Shown: in pieces, positions 63,587-64,000 of the stretch
How positions within the stretch are numbered: position 1 is the stretch's first letter
How the letters are laid out: each line of letters opens with the position of its first letter
Source of the DNA: Phallusia mammillata
Taxonomy: Eukaryota
DNA: 64,000 nucleotides
Assembly: GCA_965637545.1 (NCBI GenBank)
Contig: OZ281498.1
Span: forward strand, 12,834,001-12,898,000
Direction: 5' to 3'
The notes under the pieces: model-generated
Told to the model about the DNA's origin: nothing
The model's input: the letters and a program-made list of their open reading frames with translations, nothing else
The model's database searches: none
Position numbers and translations under genes: made by a program

Positions 63587-63619
63587 AATATATATTTCGC
63601 CTAATAATGGCATCATCAG
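63587..63619 (-). ncRNA. Possible degenerate minimal hammerhead motif in an FNDC3 intron
   Basis: Minus strand CUGAUGA-U-GCC(AUUAUUA)GGC-GAAA-UAUAUAUUC; core, stem II and palindromic stem III are present but stem I is poorly paired. Confidence 0.4.
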
Positions 63620-64000
63620 TCTTTTAACAATTTGCACAGTTATCGTCGGTATGCATGGCGGCTGTTGGAGGTTTAGATATTGCCCATCCACGACAATTCC
63701 ATATGTATGTATGTTGAACCATATGCAAGTCATGTCAGAACTGTGAAATCAATACTAAGTCACACGCTACGTTCTTAAGTCTCTGGTAATTTTCATAAAT
63801 GCCGTGTGTGCACAGATGGGATTTAGTCTTTTAGTGCGACATACAAGATAACAATAGAGTAAATCAAAAACTGCACCATTATTTTGATCCTTTGTAGCTA
63901 GAATTTGCTACTATGGTTTTAGGTTTGCTCGCCCATTCCAATAGGTTAAAATAATTGCGTTGACTTGAGACATTTTGTTTCAAAATTAAATGAATCACTA

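Overview
AT-rich, intron-containing animal genomic DNA. Compact GT-AG introns and single pre-duplication chordate genes suggest an invertebrate chordate, probably an ascidian (inference). Six protein-coding genes could be spliced together by hand: a plexin (+, 644-21257), two six-domain ceruloplasmin/hephaestin-type multicopper oxidases arranged tail-to-tail (+, 22344-29133; -, 37231-29610), BOK (-), a chordin-like gene (-) and an FNDC3A/B co-orthologue (+, runs off the window end). The main observation is that both oxidases splice in phase onto a terminal leucine-rich-repeat exon, which predicts secreted ferroxidase-LRR fusion proteins. Their copper and iron ligands also differ from human ceruloplasmin. 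Introns carry several hAT MITEs with perfect 8-bp target-site duplications (one nested in another), a minimal Penelope-type hammerhead ribozyme, and small tandem duplications. All gene models are manual splice predictions without transcript support.
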